From the IMG/VR virus record IMGVR_UViG_2811995017_000004, positions 62,001 through 126,000 of that record: a stretch of DNA of 64,000 nt, one strand, 5' to 3'. Of the stretch, positions 16,981 to 26,223 are shown piece after piece. The stretch's first letter is position 1; the number at the start of each line of letters is the position of its first letter. The DNA comes from an uncultured virus (IMG/VR IMGVR_UViG_2811995017_000004) (Duplodnaviria > Heunggongvirae > Uroviricota > Caudoviricetes). Position numbers and translations under genes: made by a program. The notes below the pieces were generated by a model. The model was not told the DNA's origin and did no database searches. It worked only from the letters and a program-made list of their open reading frames with translations.

Positions 16981-19755
16981 TTGGACAATCAACAATTTTA
17001 TACATATAAATTTAATTCTTCGCGCCTAAAAGAATTTGGATACAACATTACTCTTTCTTTTCAAGAAGCACAGGAATACAACGAGGTAATTGCCTTATTT
17101 GATAATCAAATTTTAAGATCAATAAGAGACATTAAGAACGAAATCATCGATTATGCTTACCTTGAGACTCTTAACAAAGAGAAAGAGCATTTACAAAAAC
17201 AAAAGCATTCTCAAGAAATCTCTAAAAGATTAAAAGAAATTCAATCAGAAATCAATGAGATGCTTTTCGTACCAGAATACATAACGATCAAAATGGATCA
17301 CAACAGCCATTATAGAGACTTACATAAAAATGGATTGATCTTAAATAACAAACGGTTTGTCCGCTTCTCTTCTTCTGCAGGTCAAGCAAGAGTGTCCACT
17401 GTCGTATTTATCGAAGAAGAGACATCCAAAAGACTTAATGAAATCCTGGATAACGGAAGAGATTTAAACAAAGCCCTAGTCCCTTCTAAGTTTAATGCTT
17501 ATAAGGGATTGGCTGGCAGCGCCACTCAAGTAGTTAGCGCTCCCCGGTTTTGTTTAGTTCCTGATTATTATAGCGACACTAAAGTAAAAGTAAACTTTGT
17601 GACAGAAACAGATTGTGAAGATGATGACATTATCGAAGTTAAAGATATTGTTGAATCATTTAACCGTTTTGATGGCCAAGGCTTGATTAGCTATGAGATG
17701 GCGAAAAAATGGGCAAATGAATTAGGCTTAGATTATGTACCTGCACAATGGTGTATCAGACAGAACTTCATCAAAGGAATGCTTAACACCTTCCCCATTC
17801 ATGAGTTTTGTGAAAAAGTCAATAACGGCAATTACAGAATAAGAACTTCATATAAGGACGCAAATGGGAAACCGAAAATTGTTGACTTAAGAGACATCGA
17901 TGTAATCCTTACCGAAAGCCAATTTAAACTTTGGGACAGCTTCCCTTCTATTGAAGTTTATGAACATAATTGCGAAAAGAACAATTTAAAATGGGGAGTA
18001 TCACTGCATAGTCCTAAAAAAGATAAAGACATTTTGAAAATGAATTATCAATTTTTGCAGACACTGAACCTTAACAACGAGGACATTGAAAAGATCTGTG
18101 AGAAGTTTGTAAATTGGATTACTGGTGTTAATTCAGGGAACATATATTACACCATTCTGTTCTTGCTTGGAACTGACGTTACAGACGAAAAAATCATGAA
18201 TTACTTAGAGAAATCTGAAAATCATTGGGTTAAGTCCTTAATCGTGAACCCCAGTTTAATCAATGACAAATACATAAAAAAGAAAATATATGACCTTATG
18301 AAAAAGAAAATCCAACGTGGCTGCCTAGGGGATATTATCTTAGACGGAAATTTTCAGACGCTTGTCAGCGATCCCTATGCAATGATGCAGCACGTTTGTG
18401 GGTTAGAGGTAACGGGGCTTTTAGGTAAGCGTGAATACTACTCAAACTATTGGAATCAAAAAGGGGTCAAATATGTTGACAGTATGCGCGCTCCCCTCAC
18501 CTATCGCAGCGAACATTTGATTTTGAATCTTAAGCGAAATGAGGATTTGGATTATTGGTACAGATACAATTACACAGGCATCATTGTGAATGTGCATGGA
18601 TCTGAAACAATGAACTGGGCTGGTAGTGATTTTGACTATGACATTATTGCAACCACGTCCAATGAAACAGTATTAAGAGGGGTTTATAAAGATGAGCTGC
18701 CAGTTGCATACACCCCTCCCACTTCGACTAAAAAGGTTTTAACAGAGGAAGATTTGTTTAATGCAGACCTGTTTTCGTTTGGGTCAATCATTGGCTCGAT
18801 AACAAATAAAAGCACGAGTGGATATGCCCTTCTTTCGCAATTAGACGTTGATACTGATGAATATTTGACTACATTGAACCGTGTAAAGATGTGTACGAAA
18901 TTGCAAAGTGCTCAAATCGACAAAGCAAAAATTGGGAGAGAAGTTAAAGGAATTCCTTCGCGTTGGATCAATTATCAAAAGATCAAAAAAGATGATCCGG
19001 AGAAAACAAAACTGGAAAAGGAATTTCACAATAAAATCCTATTGGATAAGCATCCCTACTTCTTTATTTATTTGTATAAAGGCACAAAGAATAAGTATAA
19101 AAAACATGTCAAAACCTACGATATCACTTGCAAGCAGAAGTTTGGAATTAGCCTTGAGGAGCTAAGGAAAGTAAAACGAAAGACAAAGGAGCAACATGAA
19201 TTCCTTAAGCTATTTGAAAGGTTTAACCCTGTGATTGAGAGCGACTGTGTAATGAATAGGCTATGTAAATACATTGAATCTGTTGATTTCGGTATAAGAA
19301 GCATTGTAAACAAGGATGTTGACTATGAGATTTACAAGCTTTACATGGACGACACTATTGACTTTGATGAATCGCGTTACAAAAAAATAATGAAAGCATA
19401 CCAAAAACATAAGAAGAGCATTAATCAATCCTTTTCATTTGGAACAAGTAATGAATCTGATAAGAATCTCTATGATGCAGAGCTCTGTAACAATTTCTCA
19501 AACTCCCTAGAATTATTTAAGCAAAAGATAAGCGATATCTGTTCCAATGTTTATGAAGCAGTTAATTACCTTATTCGCTTATTCTATGTTGATGAGAAGA
19601 GCTCCAATAAAGAGATTCTATGGCATTTATACGGCCAATACATATTTGAAAACGTAAAAAGAAAACAAGACAGCTTCTACCTCCCTGTTTTGGATCAAGA
19701 CGGAGATATTAATTACCTTAATAAACACTATTCATTAAGAAAGGTGTGTCTATGA
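16981..19755 (+). CDS. yonO: YonO-type single-subunit (double-psi barrel) DNA-dependent RNA polymerase, divergent
   Basis: SSSAGQAR, DGQG, IKGML, SQFK.W, R.P...EH and DFDYD metal-binding loop; heads the late cluster. Confidence 0.85.
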   Translation: MDNQQFYTYKFNSSRLKEFGYNITLSFQEAQEYNEVIALFDNQILRSIRDIKNEIIDYAYLETLNKEKEHLQKQKHSQEISKRLKEIQSEINEMLFVPEYITIKMDHNSHYRDLHKNGLILNNKRFVRFSSSAGQARVSTVVFIEEETSKRLNEILDNGRDLNKALVPSKFNAYKGLAGSATQVVSAPRFCLVPDYYSDTKVKVNFVTETDCEDDDIIEVKDIVESFNRFDGQGLISYEMAKKWANELGLDYVPAQWCIRQNFIKGMLNTFPIHEFCEKVNNGNYRIRTSYKDANGKPKIVDLRDIDVILTESQFKLWDSFPSIEVYEHNCEKNNLKWGVSLHSPKKDKDILKMNYQFLQTLNLNNEDIEKICEKFVNWITGVNSGNIYYTILFLLGTDVTDEKIMNYLEKSENHWVKSLIVNPSLINDKYIKKKIYDLMKKKIQRGCLGDIILDGNFQTLVSDPYAMMQHVCGLEVTGLLGKREYYSNYWNQKGVKYVDSMRAPLTYRSEHLILNLKRNEDLDYWYRYNYTGIIVNVHGSETMNWAGSDFDYDIIATTSNETVLRGVYKDELPVAYTPPTSTKKVLTEEDLFNADLFSFGSIIGSITNKSTSGYALLSQLDVDTDEYLTTLNRVKMCTKLQSAQIDKAKIGREVKGIPSRWINYQKIKKDDPEKTKLEKEFHNKILLDKHPYFFIYLYKGTKNKYKKHVKTYDITCKQKFGISLEELRKVKRKTKEQHEFLKLFERFNPVIESDCVMNRLCKYIESVDFGIRSIVNKDVDYEIYKLYMDDTIDFDESRYKKIMKAYQKHKKSINQSFSFGTSNESDKNLYDAELCNNFSNSLELFKQKISDICSNVYEAVNYLIRLFYVDEKSSNKEILWHLYGQYIFENVKRKQDSFYLPVLDQDGDINYLNKHYSLRKVCL

Positions 19756-20551
19756 TAGACAAATTTAAGTTTAAAGAGAAAGAATATGCAGAAGCAATTA
19801 TTGAAAATGGATTTATTTCAAAAAACCTGAATTATGAATTGAAGCTATTGGCCAAGTATTATAAAGAATTAGGATATAAACCTAAAAAACGAGAAGAACT
19901 CCTTTATGATTTCTGTGAAAAAAACATAGAGAATTTTAGCCGGGTGCTATATTACAAAAAATTAATACAGTACTCAATCATGCAAGAAAAAAAGAAAATA
20001 TTTTAATCAATATAGATGAAATTGATATAACCGATAATGAACTTCGATTTATTGATTCTTTAGATATCAACCATCAACAAAAAAAGCTCTGCTTTACCCT
20101 TCTCGTCTTAGCAAAATTATATTCGACAGTTCATCACATCAAATACGGGGAGCATACAACAGAACACTATTTTGGCGGAAACAACAAAAGATACAAAGAA
20201 CTTATAGATGCTTCTCATACTTCGCTAACTGCCAACAAGCTGCATCAAAACATTGGAGAGTTGGCCACGAAAGACATTGTTGAGATTCGAAATAAAGGAT
20301 TCATTAAATTAAGTTTTATCTATGGTATTGAACCTGGCGGAGAAACGGCTATCAAAATAAGATCGTTTGACAGTATCGGCCTTTATTATGATCTGCACAC
20401 TGGTCAAAAGAAAGTTAAACCATGTGTCAATTGTCAAACCCCATTTAGATTTAAAAGTAACAAATCTAAATACTGCCCTTTTTGTGCATCCGTTATAGCA
20501 AAAGAAAAAACAAGGGCAAGAGTAAGAAAATATCGAAATGTAACGCTTTAG
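19752..20551 (+). CDS. RNAP-coupled protein with C-terminal zinc finger (apparent frameshift in A-run 19956-19961)
   Basis: ATGA overlap with RNAP; one added A joins ORFs 19746-20006 and 20261-20551; CVNC...KSKYCPFC. Confidence 0.75.
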
Positions 20552-20656
20552 AAAAACGCTAAAACCCTTGATATATAAGCGTTTTTGAACCATACATAAA
20601 TTTTTATTATATGGAAGGATACATAAAATTAAACTTACATTTAGGAGGAAATAAGA

Positions 20657-20931
20657 ATGAATAAAAAGAACTAATTGGTGCAGTTGCAGAGGCTACAGGA
20701 CTAACAAAGAAAGATGTGGAATTGGTTGTTGACTCAACATTTGATGTAATCACATCTGCTCTAAAAGATGGTGAAAAAGTTAAAGTGCACGGTTTTGGCA
20801 GTTTCGAAGTGCGAGAGCGTGCTGCACGCAAGGGGCGCAACCCTCAATCAGGGGAAGAAATTGAAATCCCAGCAACAAAAGCACCAGCATTTAAAGCTGC
20901 TAAAGCTCTTAAAGATGCTATCAAACAATAA
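20657..20931 (+). CDS. yonN: HU-family DNA-binding protein (apparent frameshift in A-run near 20665)
   Basis: MNK(K)[16 protein letters not shown]...[28 protein letters not shown]. Confidence 0.9.
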
Positions 20932-20951
20932 TTAAAAGGAGAATTATTCTG

Positions 20952-21095
20952 TTGATTGAGTTTAACTATGATGATTTAGAAAAAGTAATATTAAAAAATG
21001 CAAAGAAGCACAATATTACGATTACCAAAGAACAGATCGAGCTTTTCTTCGCCTCAGAGGAAGAGTATATGAGGAGTATTGGGTTAATCCCTTAG
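20952..21095 (+). CDS. small hypothetical protein (47 aa)
   Basis: AAAGGAG RBS, TTG start, open to TAG. Confidence 0.5.
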   Translation: MIEFNYDDLEKVILKNAKKHNITITKEQIELFFASEEEYMRSIGLIP

Positions 21096-21115
21096 AATAA
21101 TTACTCCTTTTCCCT

Positions 21116-21362
21116 CCACTTCCATTTGAAGTGGGTCGGATAATAGTCATTTGCGAGGGATCGAGGTTAGATCGATCGTCTGTATCTCTAGGAGACAGGC
21201 AAGTGGCTATTATCGGGCTGGATATTGTCGATAAGACCTAAGCGCATAAAGACGGGCGAACCCATCGCAGTCTTATCATGGGGGACAATTAAGCTCACCA
21301 ATTAATTGCGGTGTACAGCTTCGGCTTGCACTTAAGGGGATTGGATGCGTCTTGTCCCCTTC
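21116..21362 (+). ncRNA. putative multi-domain structured RNA
   Basis: 16-bp stem 21139-21154/21199-21214 with G-U pairs, stems GATAAGAC/GTCTTATC and GGGGACAA/TTGTCCCC, cUUCGg tetraloop. Confidence 0.7.
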
Positions 21363-21457
21363 TAAAAATAATCTATCAGAGATAATGTGTAATAGTTGGC
21401 AATATATCAAAATTATATTAAAATCAGTCTATATTCCTAAAAAGGAGTCGATAGAAA

Positions 21458-21973
21458 ATGTCAAAAATCGCACTATTCGAGGCTCTTCCTTTAAGAAATA
21501 CTATTTCTAAACGTATTCAGGAACTCTTACAAGAACGTGACAGTGTTGCATATGTTGAGTATGATAAAGGCGAAGAATACATCAAACCTACAAAAAGTGT
21601 AGATCAAATTACATCTGATCTGGAAGAGGCTAGAAAAGATTATCGAGATCTGGTAGTATTAATGTCCGAAGCTAACCTTAATGCTAAAGTTGTATGGGAT
21701 GAAAAAGAATTGTCTATTACTGAGGCTCTTGAGTTAGCTCAGCAACTTAGAGGTGAAGCTAATAGACTTAAAAGCTACGGCCGTTCTAAAGAAACTGAAC
21801 GACTATCATCTTACTCTGATGTTATTAGCTATCGTAAAGCAATGTTTGATCCTGAGAAAATGCAATCTAAAGGATTAAAACTTGAAAGAATGGCGAATCG
21901 CTTATCAAATGCAATTGAAAAAGCAAATCATAACTATGAAATTGAGTTTGAGGCCGCTGACAAGTATCTATAA
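21458..21973 (+). CDS. DIP1984/DUF6847-like helical protein (SPbeta youA position)
   Basis: L.EAL.LR..I.KRI.EL...EAN...SITEAL...L.NAIEKAN two-fold helical pattern. Confidence 0.7.
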   Translation: MSKIALFEALPLRNTISKRIQELLQERDSVAYVEYDKGEEYIKPTKSVDQITSDLEEARKDYRDLVVLMSEANLNAKVVWDEKELSITEALELAQQLRGEANRLKSYGRSKETERLSSYSDVISYRKAMFDPEKMQSKGLKLERMANRLSNAIEKANHNYEIEFEAADKYL

Positions 21974-21989
21974 ATGCTGGGCTTTTGCC

Positions 21990-22313
21990 TTAGCTATGAG
22001 GGTGAAACTGATTTCACCTTGATAGCTGATGTAAAATCATCAGCACGGAGCATCAGAGAAGTAGAGAGCCGCCTTGGTTTAGAGCGTATCTGAACTGTAA
22101 TACCGATAAAATTACAACATTTATTTGTAGGATGGGAAACGGATAACGTTTAACAGCTTACGATTTACGTGATTTACGATTTGACGGACGTTAGATATTT
22201 AGTGTGGTCATATTTCGATAAAATAACTTTAACTCTGTTCTCTGCTGCTTCACTTTTAGCTCATCTGCCACGTGTAGAAGGAGTTCCTGAAGACGTCTTA
22301 TAAAGGCGTCTTT
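21990..22313 (+). ncRNA. putative structured RNA with internal short-repeat tract, ending at a terminator
   Basis: Closing stem 22047-22066/22233-22251, TTACGAT-type repeats 22144-22190, terminator AAGACGTCTT/AAGGCGTCTT plus T-tract. Confidence 0.65.
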
Positions 22314-22449
22314 TGTTATTTCGGCTTACTTAAATTTTTGCCGATTTAAAGGTTTTGGCTAACCCGTAATCAGCCACATTCCCTGTCGATCCGAAGGCTT
22401 GCGTTCCTACGTGAGCTACTTATGTAGGTGAGAGGGGCTTTATTTTTTG

Positions 22450-22572
22450 TAAATTCCTTCGGGTGTTTTCCCTCAACACCTATCCGATTTATTCATTTCT
22501 TATTATTCCCCTCCATCCCCTCTTTTCGGATTGGCCGATGCTGTCGGATCATCGGACTTCCGAAGGAATTTA
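22450..22572 (+). ncRNA. putative sRNA with C-rich loops
   Basis: Closing stem TAAATTCCTTCGG/CCGAAGGAATTTA enclosing three hairpins with CCCTC/CCCCTCC loops. Confidence 0.6.
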
Positions 22573-22619
22573 TTTAAGTTTATATATCAATTAAAAGGAT
22601 AACAAGGAGGAATTTTGGT

Positions 22620-22823
22620 ATGGCAAAAGGTAGATCAAGTAAAAAAGTTAACCAAGTGAATTTAAAAGGTTTTTTGGATATGGATTTAATGGAGATAACT
22701 GAACAAACAAAAGAAGATGAGTACACATATGATTTAAGGGAACGATTATATGAGTTTAATGGGAAAAACGTGTCAATCACAATCAAGGAAGAAAATGAAC
22801 TTCCTGTTAAAGAAGATGAGTAG
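22620..22823 (+). CDS. yonK: YonK family protein
   Basis: SKKVNQVNLKGFLDMD...EFNGKNVSITIKEENELPVK. Confidence 0.85.
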   Translation: MAKGRSSKKVNQVNLKGFLDMDLMEITEQTKEDEYTYDLRERLYEFNGKNVSITIKEENELPVKEDE

Positions 22824-22835
22824 GATGGTGATTGA

Positions 22836-24053
22836 GTGATCGATCCTATTCAAACGAAACGTCGCCCTGATGAGAATTTAAAAGAATGGAAAATTAGAAT
22901 TTGCTCCAATAAAGATGCTTACGATTTAAACTGGGAAGAAATTAAGGAGCTTATTAACAAAGAAACTGGTGAAAATAAAGGAGAATCCGTTTATAGGAAA
23001 TGGTTCAAAAACTTCATTGAAGGCGTTGAATACCAAAAAGAAAAATCAGTAGATTCCAACGCTGCCTTGATAGAATTAGAAATGAAAAAGCTTGAAGTTA
23101 TGGAAGAACGAAAGAAACTTCAGGCCGTTAAACATGAATTTCATAAGGAAACACGAATAAAAAGCAGAACTGAACTGCTTTATGAAAATGTATCTCAAGC
23201 AATTAAAGAAATTGGCACTCTTCCCCCTCCCTCTTTTCAAGTGTTGGAAAAGAACGTGGGAAAAAGAGCTGCTGTTCTTGGCTTTGGTGATGAACATTTT
23301 GGTAAACAATTTAAAAGTTGTAACAATGAATACAACGAGCAAATTTATCTTGAACGTATGAACCAAATTCTCTCTGAGACTATTGAATACATAAAAAAAG
23401 AAAGCTTAGATGAATTGGTCGTACTAAATGGTGCTGACAGTGTTGAAGGAATGGCATTACGGGTATCTCAACTGACGGCTTTACAGTACGGTTTCATTGA
23501 TCAAGTTATTAAATACTCACGTTATAAGGTTGAGTGGCTTAAAGAACTTTCTAAATACGTAAAGATCAAGTACATACATATCCCTTCTGCTAACCATACA
23601 GAGTTAAGATTACATAATTCAAGTCGTTTGGAAATGCCTAAAGAGGATGTTGAGCGTATCATTGCCACATATATTCATGACATGCTTAAAGACAATGAGC
23701 GAATTGAAGTTCCGCTTCAAGATGAAGCTATCGTAGACTTCAAATTACTGGAGTTTGAAATTGCAGCTTGTCATGGTCACCAATTAAAAAATAAAAAGAA
23801 CGCTATTCGTGACATTTCACAGCTGAAGCGAAAATTCTACGACTATTTATATGTGTCCCACTTCCATCATGGAAACATGCTTACAGTTGGCGAAGCAGCC
23901 ACGCATAATATTCAAGTTATTCAACTCCCTTCTGTGATGGGCTCTGATGAGTATAGCGACGGTCTAATGACAGGTGCGAAAGCTGGAGCTAACCTCTCAA
24001 TTTATGAGTCTGGTAAAGGTCGGACTATTCAGTATGATTACATATTAAATTAG
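22836..24053 (+). CDS. yonJ: YonJ, calcineurin-like metallophosphoesterase
   Basis: GDEHFG, GADSVEG, ANH, CHGH, SHFHH motifs; 405 aa. Confidence 0.85.
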   Translation: MIDPIQTKRRPDENLKEWKIRICSNKDAYDLNWEEIKELINKETGENKGESVYRKWFKNFIEGVEYQKEKSVDSNAALIELEMKKLEVMEERKKLQAVKHEFHKETRIKSRTELLYENVSQAIKEIGTLPPPSFQVLEKNVGKRAAVLGFGDEHFGKQFKSCNNEYNEQIYLERMNQILSETIEYIKKESLDELVVLNGADSVEGMALRVSQLTALQYGFIDQVIKYSRYKVEWLKELSKYVKIKYIHIPSANHTELRLHNSSRLEMPKEDVERIIATYIHDMLKDNERIEVPLQDEAIVDFKLLEFEIAACHGHQLKNKKNAIRDISQLKRKFYDYLYVSHFHHGNMLTVGEAATHNIQVIQLPSVMGSDEYSDGLMTGAKAGANLSIYESGKGRTIQYDYILN

Positions 24054-24072
24054 ATTAAAAGGAGTTGTAAAC

Positions 24073-24225
24073 ATGAGCAATGAAAGAGAATCAGCTTTTA
24101 ATAATTTAGTAACATTGATTTGTAAAGAGTGTGAAAAACACGGTTTTACGTTAAATGAGTTAGAGAGGATTCAACCCCTTGTAAAAAAGTTTTACTACGA
24201 CAATGCTATTCCTTTTAAGCATTAG
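24073..24225 (+). CDS. small hypothetical protein (50 aa)
   Basis: AAAAGGAG RBS, open frame. Confidence 0.5.
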   Translation: MSNERESAFNNLVTLICKECEKHGFTLNELERIQPLVKKFYYDNAIPFKH

Positions 24226-24521
24226 AATGATAAAGCCTTTCTCAAAATTAATCGTATATAATGATGAAGATATTGAAGCTATATACATAATTCGTTTTAC
24301 ATGAGAAAAACTTTAGGAGGATTTTAATGAAACTAAGAAGGTTTTTAATTGAAAAGTTGGCTGGGAACTGACCTGTAGCCCTTAATTTAAAAGTAAATGG
24401 AACATTGGATGCAGATAAAACAAAAGAAGGTTTGTTTAAAAACATTAAGTGTATCTGAATAAATCTTTAATTTTATTTGAATTTAAAGATCATTAAGAGG
24501 GTATGATTCCCCTCTTAATGA

Positions 24522-24896
24522 TTAATGTTTTTTTGATAATATGATCATAGATGTAAATAGTGTGATGAGTGTGAGTGCTATTACAGTACTTATGATTTCA
24601 AAGATTGTTAACGTTATAACATTAAAATAAGTACCATACAATATCAAAACCAAATATATAAGTAGAGCAATGAATGAGTATTTCGTCCCTTTTTGCTTAA
24701 TAAAATTTGCTCTTTCGTCTTTCTGTTTGAATTGATGATAAATATATCCTCTTGCAAAGCATATAAATGCTGCGGTTCCATACATTAGTATTTCTATAAA
24801 TGATAAAGAGTTTGTTGCTACTCTAAAAAAAGCTATTACACCTAAAAGGATCAAGAATAAAACCCCAAGAAAATAGAAGTTTCTTTGAGAAGTCAT
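24522..24896 (-). CDS. four-TM membrane protein co-transcribed with the XRE regulator
   Basis: Hydrophobic segments around KQKDERANFI. Confidence 0.75.
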   Translation of the reverse strand: MTSQRNFYFLGVLFLILLGVIAFFRVATNSLSFIEILMYGTAAFICFARGYIYHQFKQKDERANFIKQKGTKYSFIALLIYLVLILYGTYFNVITLTIFEIISTVIALTLITLFTSMIILSKKH

Positions 24897-24921
24897 AATC
24901 ATCCCCCTATATAAATAATTG

Positions 24922-25125
24922 TTAATCATCTTCCAACAAAAAAATTTCCTCAACAATGGTATTAAATGTTTTTGCAATTTGTAACGCCAAAGGTAATGAA
25001 GGATTGTATTTACCTTTTTCAATGGAAATAATCGTTTGCCTACTTACGTTCAGCAAATCTGCAAGTTTATCTTGTGAAAAACCATATTTTTTTCTATATT
25101 CTATTACTCGATTTTTCAAAGGCAT
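24922..25125 (-). CDS. XRE-family HTH regulator
   Basis: [31 protein letters not shown]. Confidence 0.9.
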   Translation of the reverse strand: MPLKNRVIEYRKKYGFSQDKLADLLNVSRQTIISIEKGKYNPSLPLALQIAKTFNTIVEEIFLLEDD

Positions 25126-25149
25126 TCCCCCTTGTTTATTAATCATAAC

Positions 25150-25181
25150 GTAAAACCCCCTTTACGTAAAGGTTACTTTAC
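25150..25181. promoter_or_regulatory. tandem palindromic operators of the XRE regulator
   Basis: GTAAAA-CCCC-CTTTAC abutting GTAAAG-GTTA-CTTTAC. Confidence 0.6.
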
Positions 25182-25290
25182 ATATTGCAAGCACATTTTT
25201 AGAACGCCCAGTGATGATTAAGGTTGCCCCTCCTTCCTATTGCTGGGCGTTTTATAAAACGTGTTTAACTTAAGTATTGGAGGTGAATTA

Positions 25291-26223
25291 ATGGCTACAC
25301 AAAAAATTATGTGTTCTTGCTGTGGGAAAGTTCAAAATATAAATCAATTTTACAAATCTGAATCATTATTTAATGCTGCTACTGGAAAGCTGACAGTTTG
25401 TAAGACATGCCTTCAAACTGAATACAAAAAAGATCCTGAAAACTTAAAGCATGTGCAAAATATTTTACGCATGATTGATCGTCCTTTTATTTATGATATT
25501 TGGACAGCTTCAATTGAGGAAGCTAAAACAAAATCCAAGAATGGCGATGCTAATGTTTTTGGTGTATACATGAAAAATATTGGCATGAAAGATTTCATCG
25601 CTAAAAACTGGTCAGACAGTGAATATGATTTTGAAGATGATCAAGAACATACTACAAAAATGCTGCTCGCTAAAAGTAATGAAGATGTAACTCCAGAAGA
25701 TATTGAGGAGTTTATTCAATTTTGGGGACGCGGTTTATCGGTTGAGGACTATTTGTGGCTTCAAAATGAGTACATTGATTTTACAAATCGGTATGAGTGC
25801 GATTCTAAAGGAATGGAACTGCTTATAAATCAAATCTGTCTTACAATGTTGGATATTCGTAAGCGCCGTGAAAATGGAGAGAAAGTCGATCAGCAACAAA
25901 AAACACTCCAAGACTTATTGGGTTCAAGTAATTTGAAGCCGGTTCAAGAATCAGGAGCTAGTGGCGTTGAGCAAGAGACCTTCGGAACATTAATAAAGAA
26001 ATATGAAAACGAAAGGCCAATTCCAGAACCTGAGCCTCGCTGGAAAGATCCTGATAAGATCGGTAAGTACATAAAAGTATTTTTCTTAGGTCACTTATCG
26101 AGGATGCTTGGTATCAAAAATGAGTATTCAGATGAATATTGGAGCGAAATGCAAAAGCACACTGTTGAAGAGCCTGTAGATGATGAAGAAGACGAGGTAA
26201 CAGAAAATGGCCTCATACAGTAA
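25291..26223 (+). CDS. yonG: YonG, probable terminase small subunit
   Basis: N-terminal CSCC...CKTC zinc finger; overlaps the terminase gene. Confidence 0.75.
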   Translation: MATQKIMCSCCGKVQNINQFYKSESLFNAATGKLTVCKTCLQTEYKKDPENLKHVQNILRMIDRPFIYDIWTASIEEAKTKSKNGDANVFGVYMKNIGMKDFIAKNWSDSEYDFEDDQEHTTKMLLAKSNEDVTPEDIEEFIQFWGRGLSVEDYLWLQNEYIDFTNRYECDSKGMELLINQICLTMLDIRKRRENGEKVDQQQKTLQDLLGSSNLKPVQESGASGVEQETFGTLIKKYENERPIPEPEPRWKDPDKIGKYIKVFFLGHLSRMLGIKNEYSDEYWSEMQKHTVEEPVDDEEDEVTENGLIQ

